Source of the DNA: Pseudomonadota bacterium
Lineage (GTDB): Bacteria; Pseudomonadota; Alphaproteobacteria; Sphingomonadales; Sphingomonadaceae
DNA: 64,000 nt
Reading direction: 5' to 3'
NCBI GenBank assembly: GCA_046731355.1
Contig: JBKPKZ010000090.1
Location: 6,806 to 70,805, forward strand
Shown here in pieces: positions 47,309-57,490 of the stretch. The position numbers and the translations under genes were made by a program. Position 1 is the first letter of the stretch. Each line of letters begins with the position of its first letter. The notes under the pieces are model-generated. The model was not told the DNA's origin, did no database searches, and was given only the letters and a program-made list of their open reading frames with translations.

Positions 47309-48873
47309 CTGTCGATACGATAGAGTATCGACCCATGTCCTTTCCAGAGCAGTGTCATTCCCCGTGTCAGTTCGGGATTGAAGGCGGGAATGTCGATCAG
47401 CCAGACATAGTCGAATTTGTCGCGCGGAATGGCCTTCAGCGCCTTGTTGACTGTCCAGCGCTTCTTGCCTTTGCCGACAGCGCACCAGTCGGGGAACACC
47501 ATCTGCGACGGGTCTTTCCGGAATACGCCGGCGTCGGTGTAGGTGACCCGCATCAGGTTGGTCCCATCGATCTGCCACTGATCGTTCGAGAAACCCTGTC
47601 GGCGGGCCATGATCATTCCCGGCAAATGGCTGTTGCGCGGCAATGCCCAAACGCGCCTGCAATCGCGGCCGACGAGCGAGACGACGCGGGCGCCTTCGGG
47701 CAGCTCGTTCAGCGCTTCGAGTTTCGCCTGCTGGTCGTCCGCGGCGATCGCCATGCTCCACGTTACCCCGGCAAGGCGGATCACGAGCAAGGCCGATCCG
47801 ATCAACGCGAGCGCTCGCGCCGTGGGAAGGTGGGTGTCTTCGCGAAATCGGATCGCCAGCGGAATCAAGGCGATCATGTACGGAGCCAGCCGCATGTCCG
47901 CGTAGGCTGAGCCGAACACCGTCCAGGGGAGGATCACGAAGCTGACTGCCAGGACGAGCGCGGAAAATGCGAGGTTACGCGAGAAGGCGAGCTTCCGGCT
48001 GGCAACCGTGAACACGAAGAGAATCGGGATCACCGAGATTGTTGCGATGTCGAACCAGCGCCAACGGTCGCGAACCGCCGAGTAGATCCATTCCCACTTG
48101 AGCTTCCAGTAGAACCAGGCCCGGGTCATGTCGCCGTGGGTCTCGTACCGCCACAGGAACATGGCGACGACCGGCAGAGCCAGCACCGAGGCGTGCGCGG
48201 CCGCATTGACGATCGAACGGAACCAGCCGCGCCCTTCGTCATGCTGTCGGACGGCCTCCGCCGAAAAAGCGAGCAGTCCCAAAGTGCCCCAGCCGAACGT
48301 GTGCGCGAAGAAGACCACGAACGAAATCGGCACGAACAGCATGGCGCGGAGCCTCAGCCGTCCCTGTCTGGCAAGTCGCAGCCAAAGGCCGAAAGCCAGG
48401 AACGCCAGCGCCATCGACAATGCAAAATTGACGAACCCGAAGACGAACGGGTGATTGTAGACCAAGAGCAATGAGAAGATCGCGGTCGGCGGCAGGCGAT
48501 GGTGCACTTCGCGAGCGACCAGCAGGAATCCCGCGGTCGTCAGCGCCGGGATCGACAGGATGATCAGCTTCACTGCGGGTTCGAGACCGAGGGTCGGCCC
48601 GAGCAGCTGCACGAGACCGTCCACTCCGAGATTGCCGATCGGCGCCCAGTCGTACTGGTAATATTGGCGAAGCCACGGGGAGCTGCCGACGTCGAGCTGG
48701 ACCCGATAGCGTCCGATGTGCCCGAATAGATCAACCAGCGGCGCGTCCTGCGGATAGAGCAAGGGAACGACCGAAAGCAGGATCAGCAACGCCGCAAACC
48801 ACCGCGTCTCCCACCAGTGGCGGTGAGACGTTACCGGCGGTTCAACCGCAGCATGCAGCGCGAACGTGCTCAT
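47305..48873 (-). CDS. Polytopic membrane protein, probable GT-C glycosyltransferase
   Basis: 10+ TM; acidic first loop PLVDLFGH..R; FGFVNF; soluble C-terminal domain; coupled to the GtrB-like gene. Confidence 0.65.
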   Translation of the reverse strand: MSTFALHAAVEPPVTSHRHWWETRWFAALLILLSVVPLLYPQDAPLVDLFGHIGRYRVQLDVGSSPWLRQYYQYDWAPIGNLGVDGLVQLLGPTLGLEPAVKLIILSIPALTTAGFLLVAREVHHRLPPTAIFSLLLVYNHPFVFGFVNFALSMALAFLAFGLWLRLARQGRLRLRAMLFVPISFVVFFAHTFGWGTLGLLAFSAEAVRQHDEGRGWFRSIVNAAAHASVLALPVVAMFLWRYETHGDMTRAWFYWKLKWEWIYSAVRDRWRWFDIATISVIPILFVFTVASRKLAFSRNLAFSALVLAVSFVILPWTVFGSAYADMRLAPYMIALIPLAIRFREDTHLPTARALALIGSALLVIRLAGVTWSMAIAADDQQAKLEALNELPEGARVVSLVGRDCRRVWALPRNSHLPGMIMARRQGFSNDQWQIDGTNLMRVTYTDAGVFRKDPSQMVFPDWCAVGKGKKRWTVNKALKAIPRDKFDYVWLIDIPAFNPELTRGMTLLWKGHGSILYRIDR

Positions 48874-49040
48874 CCGGTTTTGTGTGACGCCTCGGTGACG
48901 AAAGCGGTGCCTACTAGTGGACGCGCTGTCTTTGTCCATGAGGTTTGACAGGCCGCGATCGGCGAGCCGCCCGCCCATTCAAGCGCGATACAGCTTTAAG
49001 CCGTTAATCCAATGCAACTTTCTGTGAAGGAGGCATTCGA

Positions 49041-49655
49041 ATGAAGACGCTTCTGATCGGCGGAGCGGCGCTCTTGGCGTCCGCAGCGGCGCTTGCCCAG
49101 GTTGCACCTGTTACTCCGGCGCCGGCCCAGCGCGCCGAGCGAGTCCAGACTCGCGCCGAAGTCCAGGCCAAGGTGACGGAACATTTCGCAAGGGTCGATG
49201 CCAACCATGACGGCTCGATCACCAAGGTCGAAGCCGATGCCGCGATGCAGGCGTTCCATGCGAAATCCGCCGAGCATGCGAAGGATCGACGGGACGATCG
49301 ACGCGACAACGTCTTCGAGCGCCTCGACGCAAATCGCGATGGCGCCGTGAGCCGGTCGGAATGGGACGCTGGCGCGGCTCAGCGCGAGCAGCGGATCGCC
49401 TCGCGCGACCGAAATGGCGACGGACGTCCGGACGCCCGCGGGCCCGGGCACGGCGGAATGCGCGAAATGGGCGGCTTTGGCGGTCGCATGTTCGAGATGG
49501 CCGACGCCAACAAGGACGGCCGGGTGACGCTGCAGGAGGCTCAGGCCGCTGCGCTCCAACATTTCGACATGGCCGACGCCAACCGCGACGGTCAGGTCAC
49601 CCCGGACGAGCGCCGCCAATTGCACGAGCGCATGCGCGCCCAGCACCGCGGCTAA
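49041..49655 (+). CDS. Secreted EF-hand calcium-binding protein
   Basis: AAGGAGG RBS, signal peptide, loops DANHDGSITKVE, DANRDGAVSRSE, DANKDGRVTLQE, DANRDGQVTPDE and degenerate DRNGDGRPD. Confidence 0.9.
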   Translation: MKTLLIGGAALLASAAALAQVAPVTPAPAQRAERVQTRAEVQAKVTEHFARVDANHDGSITKVEADAAMQAFHAKSAEHAKDRRDDRRDNVFERLDANRDGAVSRSEWDAGAAQREQRIASRDRNGDGRPDARGPGHGGMREMGGFGGRMFEMADANKDGRVTLQEAQAAALQHFDMADANRDGQVTPDERRQLHERMRAQHRG

Positions 49656-49675
49656 GAGAGGCCCAAGCAAGGTGA

Positions 49676-49710
49676 AAGGGCCCGGCGGTTTCGCCGGGTC
49701 CCTTCTATTT
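49676..49710. terminator. Bidirectional intrinsic terminator between the EF-hand gene and cfa
   Basis: AAGGG-CCCGGCG-GTTT-CGCCGGG-T-CCCTT hairpin between convergent genes. Confidence 0.75.
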
Positions 49711-50979
49711 CACAGGTGCGGGAGCCGCAGCCCTCTTCCGTGACGAATTCACCTTCGCGGGCAGATCGTCGATCCCTCGGTACCGCGCCTCAGCTTCGAT
49801 CATGTAATCGCGGGTAATCGGAAGTGCCCTCCGATCCCGCACGTACTGGACTTGGAAATTGCAAGCCGCTCCGCTCTCGAACATCACGATCCCACCGGCG
49901 AGATAGAATTCCCACATGCGGAAGAAACGCTCGTCATACATCTTCACGATCTTCGCCCGCGCCTTCGTCGCCCGCTCGAGCCAATGACGCAGCGTGTATG
50001 CGTAATGGAGCCGAAGAGTCTCGACGTCGCTGACGATCATTTTCACCTTCTCGCTCGCTGAGCACATCTGCGACAAGCTTGGGAGGTGATAGCCGGGGAA
50101 GATCCATTTATCGGTGAAGGGATCAGGCGTTCCAGCGCCGCCCAGCTTGCCGATCGTGTGCAGCAACATCACGCCATCGTCGGTCAGAAGCTCACGGCAT
50201 TTGGCATAGAATTGGTCATAGTGGGCGGCACCGACATGCTCGAACATTCCGACCGAAACGATCCGGTCGAAGCGCCCTTCGAGCAGTCGGTAATCGATCA
50301 ATTCGAACTTTACATGGTCTGAGACGCCGGCTTCCTTCGCGCGGCGACGCGCGACCTTCAACTGCTCGTCCGACAATGTGATCCCGAGTACGTCGACGCC
50401 TGCGACCTTGTGCAGGTAGATTGCCATTCCGCCCCAGCCGCAGCCGATATCCAGCACGCGCTGACCTCGTTTTAGATCGAGCTTGGCGGCGATGTGGGCC
50501 TTCTTGTCGGCCTGTGCCTGCTCGAGGCTGTTTTTCGGGTCGGTGAAGTAAGCGCAACTGTATTGCAGGTCATCGTCGAGGAAGAGCGCATAGAGCTCGT
50601 TGCCGATGTCGTAATGGTGAGCGACATTCTTGTGTGACTTGCGAACGTCGTTGCGACGGAAGAGCGATGCGAGCTTGCCCATCTTGCCCTTTCCCAGCGC
50701 CTTGCGACGTCCCTGCTCCCAAGGCTTCGCACCGACGATCAACTCGAGCAGATCGAGAATATTCCCATCTTCAATCGTTAGTCGGCCGTCCATGTAAAGC
50801 TCGCCGAAACGAAGCCGCGGGTTCCGGAAAAGGTCGAGCGCCGCGCGCTTGTCGTGAAGCTTCACCGTGATGTGCTTGCCGCCACCTGGACCGTGCGTTT
50901 CTTGCCGTCCGTCCGGCTGAATCAAGGTGATTCTGCCGACGGGAAGAATTTGCTCGATGAACCGGCCAAGCAGCGACAT
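49705..50979 (-). CDS. cfa: Cyclopropane-fatty-acyl-phospholipid synthase family methyltransferase
   Basis: NVAHHYDIGN, QYSCAYF, LDIGCGWGG, VSVGMFEHVG, YAYTLRHW, RMWEFYL. Start MSLLG at 50979. Confidence 0.93.
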   Translation of the reverse strand: MSLLGRFIEQILPVGRITLIQPDGRQETHGPGGGKHITVKLHDKRAALDLFRNPRLRFGELYMDGRLTIEDGNILDLLELIVGAKPWEQGRRKALGKGKMGKLASLFRRNDVRKSHKNVAHHYDIGNELYALFLDDDLQYSCAYFTDPKNSLEQAQADKKAHIAAKLDLKRGQRVLDIGCGWGGMAIYLHKVAGVDVLGITLSDEQLKVARRRAKEAGVSDHVKFELIDYRLLEGRFDRIVSVGMFEHVGAAHYDQFYAKCRELLTDDGVMLLHTIGKLGGAGTPDPFTDKWIFPGYHLPSLSQMCSASEKVKMIVSDVETLRLHYAYTLRHWLERATKARAKIVKMYDERFFRMWEFYLAGGIVMFESGAACNFQVQYVRDRRALPITRDYMIEAEARYRGIDDLPAKVNSSRKRAAAPAPVK

Positions 50980-51043
50980 ATGTGAGCACCTCCGATTGAA
51001 GGATGTGCCACGAGGCCTCCCTCGCAGCAACGGCCGGGCGCGA

Positions 51044-52747
51044 TCAGTCATAGACTCCATTGAAGAGAGAACGGTCGTCCGAACCCGGCCTGATTTTTCC
51101 CTCGTAGTCGCCGATGGGCAGAAGGAGGGCTCCCGTGGGCCCCTCCACCAAACGGATCGAGTTGGTACCCCTCTCCAATCGGACCGGAAATCCCCGCGAT
51201 TGGCCATCGACCTCGATACGTCCGAAAACGTGCTTCCCCGTAACTGAGTAAAGCGCATACAATCCGCTAATCGGCACCTTGAATTGCGTCGCATCTCCAA
51301 GATGGAGCTTGCGCCCGGCCATCCTCACGTTCGGTGCAACACTAACGTAGCTTTCGCCGATCAGCGGGCCGACCACCGAATTGATCGCATCCATGCGATA
51401 CGACCAGATGATCACCTTGGGGGGCGTACTGGCAAAGACTTTATAGGCCACCGATCGATCTCCCTCCCGAAGGGTGATCAGAACGCCATGCCGATCGAGC
51501 CAAATAATCGAAGGCTGGGGTCGGTTTGGGAGCATTGCGACGCCATCGAAATAGGTCTCGTTCCTTGCCAAAAGCGCCTCGGCACGGTCCACAATTGCGA
51601 GTTGTGCTTCGTTGTTGAGTCCAAGGTAACGAATGTTCCTAGCGAAGCTTCCAGCCACGGCTACGACCAGGACTGCGGCTGCGGCTGGGAGGTAGACCGG
51701 CTTATCCGAAAGGGCATCGAAGGGTTGAAGCGCCCACAATGCCATGAAAGGCAGCGCCATGACGAACACGTAAGGCCAAGGCTGGTTGTGCGAGAAAATC
51801 AGCACCGTCACAACAAGTGAGAATATCAACGCAATGCGATCTGATGAGCGGATCTGCCGGATCCGGATGGTGGCGAGGGCCATCCCCGCGAAACAGAAGG
51901 CATAGAGCAGCGCATTGCGCCCAAGGGTCTGAGCAACGAAATTTCGCAGACCCCCATATTCTGCAGCGGTCTGTGAAGAAGCCACCGGAAGCGGGCCAAG
52001 GAAGAGATGTTGAAATACCGGAAGCGGGTGCCATCCACCAAAATAGAGGCAATAAAGTGAGACGGCGAAGAGCCAGCCCAGTATCAACCAGAATCCGCGA
52101 GCTATTCCGCGCCGAAGGTGCCGCTCAAGTCCTGCATCACCGACTAGGGCCAACCCCAAGGCAAGATTGAAATAGACGGCCTTCTGGGTTGCAAGGAATG
52201 CCAGCCCGCTAAGCAGTCCCGCAGAAACGAGGCGCCACGGCCGGCTTTCGGAGCGAATTGCAACCAGGAGCGCCGCCGCCCCAAAGAACGTTGCCAAGGG
52301 CTCCGCCCGAGTTTCGAAGATGCGCTCGATGAAATCGGAGAACGACAAGAGTATCAGAAGGATCAGAGCGCTGCGCATCCTCGATTGACCAAGCGAGCGC
52401 GCCGAGGCGTAGATGAGCGCGAGCGTGGCGCACCCGAGCAGTGCAGTCTGGAGCCGACCAATCAGCAGCATCGACTGGGCGTCCCAGCCGATCAGGTGGG
52501 CCAATTTGAAGAAGATTGCATAGCCAACCGCTTTGGCTGGCCAAATCGTCTCGAAGAGTCCGTTGGACAGATATTGCGCCCACCCAAACTGGACGAACTC
52601 GTCCATCACGAAGCGGCGGTTCCAGGCGAGAACAAAAAGGAGGGCTATTTTCGACGCCAGCAGAATGCCGATCGCCGGACCGGCGTACCGATCCTTGAGG
52701 CGGACTGGGAGGCTCACACCGTCAACGTCGATCAGGGTCCTGGGCAA
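51044..52747 (-). CDS. ArnT/PMT-like GT-C membrane glycosyltransferase
   Basis: Acidic DE after TM1 (RFVMDEF), ETRAEP, ATQKA, NQPWPY, many TM plus a soluble C-domain. Confidence 0.7.
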   Translation of the reverse strand: MPRTLIDVDGVSLPVRLKDRYAGPAIGILLASKIALLFVLAWNRRFVMDEFVQFGWAQYLSNGLFETIWPAKAVGYAIFFKLAHLIGWDAQSMLLIGRLQTALLGCATLALIYASARSLGQSRMRSALILLILLSFSDFIERIFETRAEPLATFFGAAALLVAIRSESRPWRLVSAGLLSGLAFLATQKAVYFNLALGLALVGDAGLERHLRRGIARGFWLILGWLFAVSLYCLYFGGWHPLPVFQHLFLGPLPVASSQTAAEYGGLRNFVAQTLGRNALLYAFCFAGMALATIRIRQIRSSDRIALIFSLVVTVLIFSHNQPWPYVFVMALPFMALWALQPFDALSDKPVYLPAAAAVLVVAVAGSFARNIRYLGLNNEAQLAIVDRAEALLARNETYFDGVAMLPNRPQPSIIWLDRHGVLITLREGDRSVAYKVFASTPPKVIIWSYRMDAINSVVGPLIGESYVSVAPNVRMAGRKLHLGDATQFKVPISGLYALYSVTGKHVFGRIEVDGQSRGFPVRLERGTNSIRLVEGPTGALLLPIGDYEGKIRPGSDDRSLFNGVYD

Positions 52748-53855
52748 GAGCCAGGAGCCTTTGCGCCATTTTGCGCCAATCGTAGCTCTCTCGTGCGTAA
52801 CGAGCCATCTCCGCCCTGTCCTCAGGTGTTAATTTGAAGGAATCAATGGCTTCGGCGCATCGTTGCGCCGATGCCTCCGGCTTCCAAAGATCGATCTCTA
52901 TCCCGCGCAGCCATTTCGCCGCCCGAGGGTCCGCTTGATTTGCCGGGGCACCGCAGATCACCGGCAGACCGCACGCCATCGCCTCTTGGATAACCAGCGG
53001 ATATCCTTCGCCCACGCTGGGCAGGACTAGAAGGTCCGCCCAGCGACAGAGCGTCGCAATGTCTTCCTGTGACTGAGGTCCAACGTCATGGACGTTGGGA
53101 AGCCCCCACTCGCTCGGCCTGACCGGGCCGGCACCCGCGAGTATAATCTCCAGATCGGGACGCGATCGAGCGAGTGCTCGCACTACGCTGAGTCCCTTCT
53201 TCTCGACATAGCGGCCAACGAACAGCAGGCGTCGCGTCGCCTTGCTGTCATCGATACCTGGCAGGGCGTCGGGTACCCGTTTTCCCTCGGGATGGAATAT
53301 CGCCTGATCCACGCCATTGAACAGAAGCTCGCTTCGCTGCCGGGGGGACGCTCCAAGAAGTTCCTGCCGGACCGTATTGCTGATGAACACCCTCTCGTCT
53401 GCCGCCCACAGCATCGGCCGTGTAACGATGAAGTTCGCCGCGCGCACCAGCCCGCGCAGGAGAGGCGACGAGAATGGGATGGCCGCGATGTGCTGGACCA
53501 AGATCGTTCGTTTTCCTCGAACTTTCGCCATTAGCATGGCGAGGATGGATGTGACGTAGAGCGCGTCGTGAATGACCACAGCGTCACTACGCCGCACCTG
53601 CTGCGACAGTGTCCGAACACCGGTGATCCGGGGTATAGGCATCGGAAGCCCGGTCATCTTCTCGATCGGATTTACGCACCTCAGCGGCGCTGGATCGATT
53701 GGACTTTCAGGCGGAGCGTCGGCATCGCTCGCCGCCCAAACGGGCATTGCACCCAGAATAGCGAACTGACGACAAAGGTGTCCGGCGACCCTTTCGATGC
53801 CGCCGCCATGAGCCTCGAAGAAGTGAGTGACCGTTAGAATGCGCAATCTTCGCAT
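52722..53855 (-). CDS. GT4 family (GT-B) glycosyltransferase
   Basis: HGGGIER, NGVD, LFVGRYVEKKG, EGYPLVIQEAMACG (Ex7E). Confidence 0.92.
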   Translation of the reverse strand: MRRLRILTVTHFFEAHGGGIERVAGHLCRQFAILGAMPVWAASDADAPPESPIDPAPLRCVNPIEKMTGLPMPIPRITGVRTLSQQVRRSDAVVIHDALYVTSILAMLMAKVRGKRTILVQHIAAIPFSSPLLRGLVRAANFIVTRPMLWAADERVFISNTVRQELLGASPRQRSELLFNGVDQAIFHPEGKRVPDALPGIDDSKATRRLLFVGRYVEKKGLSVVRALARSRPDLEIILAGAGPVRPSEWGLPNVHDVGPQSQEDIATLCRWADLLVLPSVGEGYPLVIQEAMACGLPVICGAPANQADPRAAKWLRGIEIDLWKPEASAQRCAEAIDSFKLTPEDRAEMARYARESYDWRKMAQRLLALAQDPDRR

Positions 53856-53901
53856 ACTCCTGACGCATTACCGCGAGCGGTCGCAAGGCCCTCGCCACGG
53901 C

Positions 53902-54957
53902 CTATCGGGCAGACCCTCCGTCGGGGTTGGCCGCTGTTCCGAGAAGCAAGTCCTGTACCGCCATGATCCGTCCGTAGGGATACAGGGTGTATCGCCCGGT
54001 CGCATATTCAGTCGCTACCTGCTTCAATCGAAGGAACGGATTTCGCGAGAGGCTGGCCCGAGCAGCCACATGATTCCGTCGCTCAACGAGTGAGCGTTTG
54101 AATTCGGGGTCAGCCGGCAAGAACCTATTGCCTCCCAACCGCTCATCCATTGCAGACAATGCTGCTGAATCGCTCCAGCTCCGCTGGGGGATGAAGAATT
54201 TCAGCGCAAGCGGCCTGCCCACGCCAAGCTGCTGCCTTTCGTGCAGGCGATAGGCGATCAGCTTTTCCTCGATGATTGAAATGTGTCCAACGGCAGCGAT
54301 CAGGACGGCAATCCAGCGGTCGTGATGAAAGGTCGGAGCGCCGGTCGGAATTGGAAAGACTAGCGATTTGAACTTTGACCGGAAGGCCATCGTCGCGCCG
54401 GTCGTGAAAGGAAGGCCGAAGAGCAAGTTGTAGCGCCGGGGACCGGTCAGATCTCGTTTCCGTTCCGCGGTGAGCTTGCTGCGCGTCCACAAGTCGCCCG
54501 GAAGCGACGCGCCATTCTCGTCGATCAAATCGGCGTTTGTGAGCACCACTCCCAGTTCAGGATCTGCCGCAAATGCCGATTCTAGCGTCGACAGCTTTTG
54601 CGGCCGCCAGACATCATCCTGGTCGCAAAGCGCGATGACGTCCCCGGAGCAGAGCTCGATCGCCTTTTCGAAGTTCTTGATCGATCCGAGCCGCTCGTCG
54701 TTGACGACCACTTTCATGGAGCAAGGCGAGCGCTCGACATACTCGTGCAAGAGTTGAGCGGTCCGGTCGGTGGAGCCGTCGTCGCAGATGATGATTTCGT
54801 CAGGAAGTCGCGACTGCGCGAAGATGCTGTCCAACTGTTCGCAAAGAAATCGCCCGCCATTGTAGGTCGTCATGGCGATGGAAATCTTCACGGGATCGGC
54901 ATTCTCGATCGGGACGGATACTTGCGGCGAGGCTTCAGAACCCGTGCCGTTCATCAA
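53902..54957 (-). CDS. GT2 family glycosyltransferase (rhamnosyltransferase-like)
   Basis: ISIAMTTYNG..FL.EQLDSI, DDGSTD, LCDQDDVW...KL, GATMAF, HDRW, YRLH. Confidence 0.9.
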   Translation of the reverse strand: MMNGTGSEASPQVSVPIENADPVKISIAMTTYNGGRFLCEQLDSIFAQSRLPDEIIICDDGSTDRTAQLLHEYVERSPCSMKVVVNDERLGSIKNFEKAIELCSGDVIALCDQDDVWRPQKLSTLESAFAADPELGVVLTNADLIDENGASLPGDLWTRSKLTAERKRDLTGPRRYNLLFGLPFTTGATMAFRSKFKSLVFPIPTGAPTFHHDRWIAVLIAAVGHISIIEEKLIAYRLHERQQLGVGRPLALKFFIPQRSWSDSAALSAMDERLGGNRFLPADPEFKRSLVERRNHVAARASLSRNPFLRLKQVATEYATGRYTLYPYGRIMAVQDLLLGTAANPDGGSAR

Positions 54958-56167
54958 GATTATCCAGCAACAGCTTCAGAACGAAGCCCGACATAACCAT
55001 CACCACGCCCGCCACGGTCGCAGTGGTCGTTACGAAGACCAGATGTACCGAGCGCTCCATGGATCCGCCGACGAAGAGCCATCTGAAGGCAAGCAATGCG
55101 TCGGTAATCAGGCCGCCGATCGTCAGAAGGCTCCCAATCGCGACAAGCCATTCCAACGGGCGGCCGCGCTTCAGCCAGGGCACAACCTGGCCGCGTGTCA
55201 TCGGATGATAAATGGCGATCGCCACCTTCGCGAGCATGCCGAGGAGGATTGCTGACAATCCAATCAGAGTCGCCATCGCGGACAAGGCGACGAAGTGGAT
55301 ACCGAAATACTGGCCGACAACCACGACAGGTCCTCCAGCCAAGGCCGATAGTCCAAAAATACCGGTCAGCAGCAGGAGAAGGCCGGGGACCAGGTAAATG
55401 GTGTCGGGCGCATGGGCGATAATCAGCCGAAGGTGTCGCCATCCGTCGCGAAACGAACGGAGGTGTGGAGGTCGGTTGCGCTTGTCGGGATAGAGCTTGA
55501 TCGGAACTTCGCCAATCTTGAGGCCTGCCCGGTGAGCATTGATCACCATTTCGGAAGCGAACTCCATCCCCGGCGACCGCGCTCCCATCCTGTCAAATGC
55601 CTCGCGAGAGAAGCCGCGCATACCGCAATGGAAATCACGGATGGGGGAGCGATGGAGCCATCGAGCGACAGCCGAAAGAACCGGGTTGCCGAGATAGCGA
55701 TGAAGCGGCGGCATGGCCCCCGGCTCGATTCCACCCGCAAAGCGATTGCCCATCACAAGCTCGGCGCCACCCTCCAAGGCGTCGATAAAGGCGTCGAGCT
55801 GACTCCAGTCATACGAGTCATCTGCGTCTGCCATGATGAGATACTTGCCGCGAGCCGCTCCAACTGCAGCACTGATAGCCGCGCCATAGCCCTTGATCGG
55901 CTGATGAACGACGCGGGCTCCCAGGGATTCCGCGAGCTCGACCGATCGATCAGTCGAGCCGTTATCGCCTACGACCACCTCACCGGCGATACCGCGGCGC
56001 TCAAATGCGTCGAATGCCTTCTGGATACAGATTCCGAGGGTGAGCTCTTCGTTGAGGCATGGGATGATCGCCGACACGAGGGGCACAGGGACAGGTTCCC
56101 GCCTTGGACCGCTGGGGACCGCCCGGACCGCCGTGGAATTCGACCTCGCCCCCATCGTGCCACCCAC
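54935..56167 (-). CDS. GT2 DPM-synthase-like polyprenyl-phosphate glycosyltransferase with C-terminal TM bundle
   Basis: IIPCLNEE, DNGSTDRS, GYGAA, MADADDSYD, VMGNRF, DFHCGMR, GMEFASEM, SFRDGWRHL. Start 56167 or 56155. Confidence 0.88.
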   Translation of the reverse strand: MGGTMGARSNSTAVRAVPSGPRREPVPVPLVSAIIPCLNEELTLGICIQKAFDAFERRGIAGEVVVGDNGSTDRSVELAESLGARVVHQPIKGYGAAISAAVGAARGKYLIMADADDSYDWSQLDAFIDALEGGAELVMGNRFAGGIEPGAMPPLHRYLGNPVLSAVARWLHRSPIRDFHCGMRGFSREAFDRMGARSPGMEFASEMVINAHRAGLKIGEVPIKLYPDKRNRPPHLRSFRDGWRHLRLIIAHAPDTIYLVPGLLLLLTGIFGLSALAGGPVVVVGQYFGIHFVALSAMATLIGLSAILLGMLAKVAIAIYHPMTRGQVVPWLKRGRPLEWLVAIGSLLTIGGLITDALLAFRWLFVGGSMERSVHLVFVTTTATVAGVVMVMSGFVLKLLLDNLDERHGF

Positions 56168-56299
56168 TTCCCGCGCCGACCGTCATCCACTCCAAGACGA
56201 GGCGCACGATCAGCGCGATTTTGCGGCCCCACGACCGAATAAGCAAGCAAAGGTAATCAAAGATTTAACCAAGAGCCGAAACGCTCCTGGACCGACAGG

Positions 56300-57475
56300 C
56301 TAGGCCGCCTCGCGACTACGCCTCTTCTTTTCGGCGGCCGTCTTCAGCTGGCCGCAGGCGGCATCGATGTCGCGGCCTCGCGGGGTGCGGACCGGTGCGG
56401 AGATTCCTGCCTCGAACACGATATTGCTGAATGCCTTGATCCGGTCGCCGGTCGAACATTCGTAGGGCGCTCCCGGCCATGGATTGAACGGAATCAGGTT
56501 CACCTTTGCCGGAAGCCGGTACTGGCGGATCAGGCGAACGAGTTCACGAGCGTCCTCGTCGCTGTCGTTCTTGTCCTTCAGCATCACATATTCGAACGTG
56601 ATTCGACGCGCGTTGTTCGCGCCCGGATAGGCGGCGCAGGCTTCGAGCAATTGTTCGATTCCGTACTTGCGGTTTAGCGGGACGATCTCGTCGCGAATTT
56701 CCTTGGTCACCGCGTGCAGTGACACGGCGAGGTTCACTCCAATCTCGTCGCCCGCGCGCTCCATCATCGGGACCACGCCGCTGGTCGAAAGCGTGATCCG
56801 GCGCTTCGACAGGCCCAGTCCGTCGCCGTCCATAACGATCTTCAGCGCGTCGCGGACATTGTCGAAATTGTAGAGCGGCTCGCCCATGCCCATCATCACG
56901 ATGTTGGTGAGCATTCGACCTTCGGGCTGGCTCGGCCATTCGCCCAGCGCATCGCGCGCGAGCATGACTTGGCCGACGATCTCCGACGGCTCGAGGTTTC
57001 GTACGAGCTGCATCGTGCCGGTGTGGCAGAAGCGGCAGTTGAGCGTGCAGCCGACCTGACTCGACACGCAAAGCGTCCCGCGATCGGCATCCGGGATGAA
57101 CACCATCTCGAAGTCATGGCCGTCGTGGGTCTTGAGCAGCCATTTGCGGGTTCCGTCGGAGGAGACCTGCGCCTCGACGACCTCAGGCCGGGTGATCGCG
57201 AACCGCTCGGCGAACCAGGGTCGCTGGGCCTTGGCGATGTCGCTCATCGCGTCAAAGTCGGAAACTCCGCGATTATAAATCCAGTGCCAGACCTGCTTGG
57301 AGCGAAGCTTCGCCTGCTTCGGCTCCAGTCCCGAATCCTCGAAGGCCGCGCGAATCCGGTCCTTGGGCAGGCCGACAAGCTCTTGCCTGCCGTCGGCGCG
57401 CGGGGTCTCGGCCCGCGGCACGGGCACAGGATCGACGGGGCCGGGAATCGGCATGATGGCGGTGTCGGCACTCAT
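56300..57475 (-). CDS. rlmN: Dual-specificity RNA methyltransferase RlmN
   Basis: [15 protein letters not shown] radical-SAM motif, [29 protein letters not shown]. Confidence 0.98.
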   Translation of the reverse strand: MSADTAIMPIPGPVDPVPVPRAETPRADGRQELVGLPKDRIRAAFEDSGLEPKQAKLRSKQVWHWIYNRGVSDFDAMSDIAKAQRPWFAERFAITRPEVVEAQVSSDGTRKWLLKTHDGHDFEMVFIPDADRGTLCVSSQVGCTLNCRFCHTGTMQLVRNLEPSEIVGQVMLARDALGEWPSQPEGRMLTNIVMMGMGEPLYNFDNVRDALKIVMDGDGLGLSKRRITLSTSGVVPMMERAGDEIGVNLAVSLHAVTKEIRDEIVPLNRKYGIEQLLEACAAYPGANNARRITFEYVMLKDKNDSDEDARELVRLIRQYRLPAKVNLIPFNPWPGAPYECSTGDRIKAFSNIVFEAGISAPVRTPRGRDIDAACGQLKTAAEKKRRSREAA

Positions 57476-57490
57476 GGAAGGCTTATCTAC

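Noticed and set aside
48996-49007. TTAA-GCCG-TTAA upstream of the EF-hand gene as a CtrA site
   Set aside because: The spacer is 4 nt, not 7.
49041-50979. EF-hand gene and cfa as members of the glycosylation locus
   Set aside because: They have their own RBS and shared terminator and no mechanistic link; position alone is not enough.
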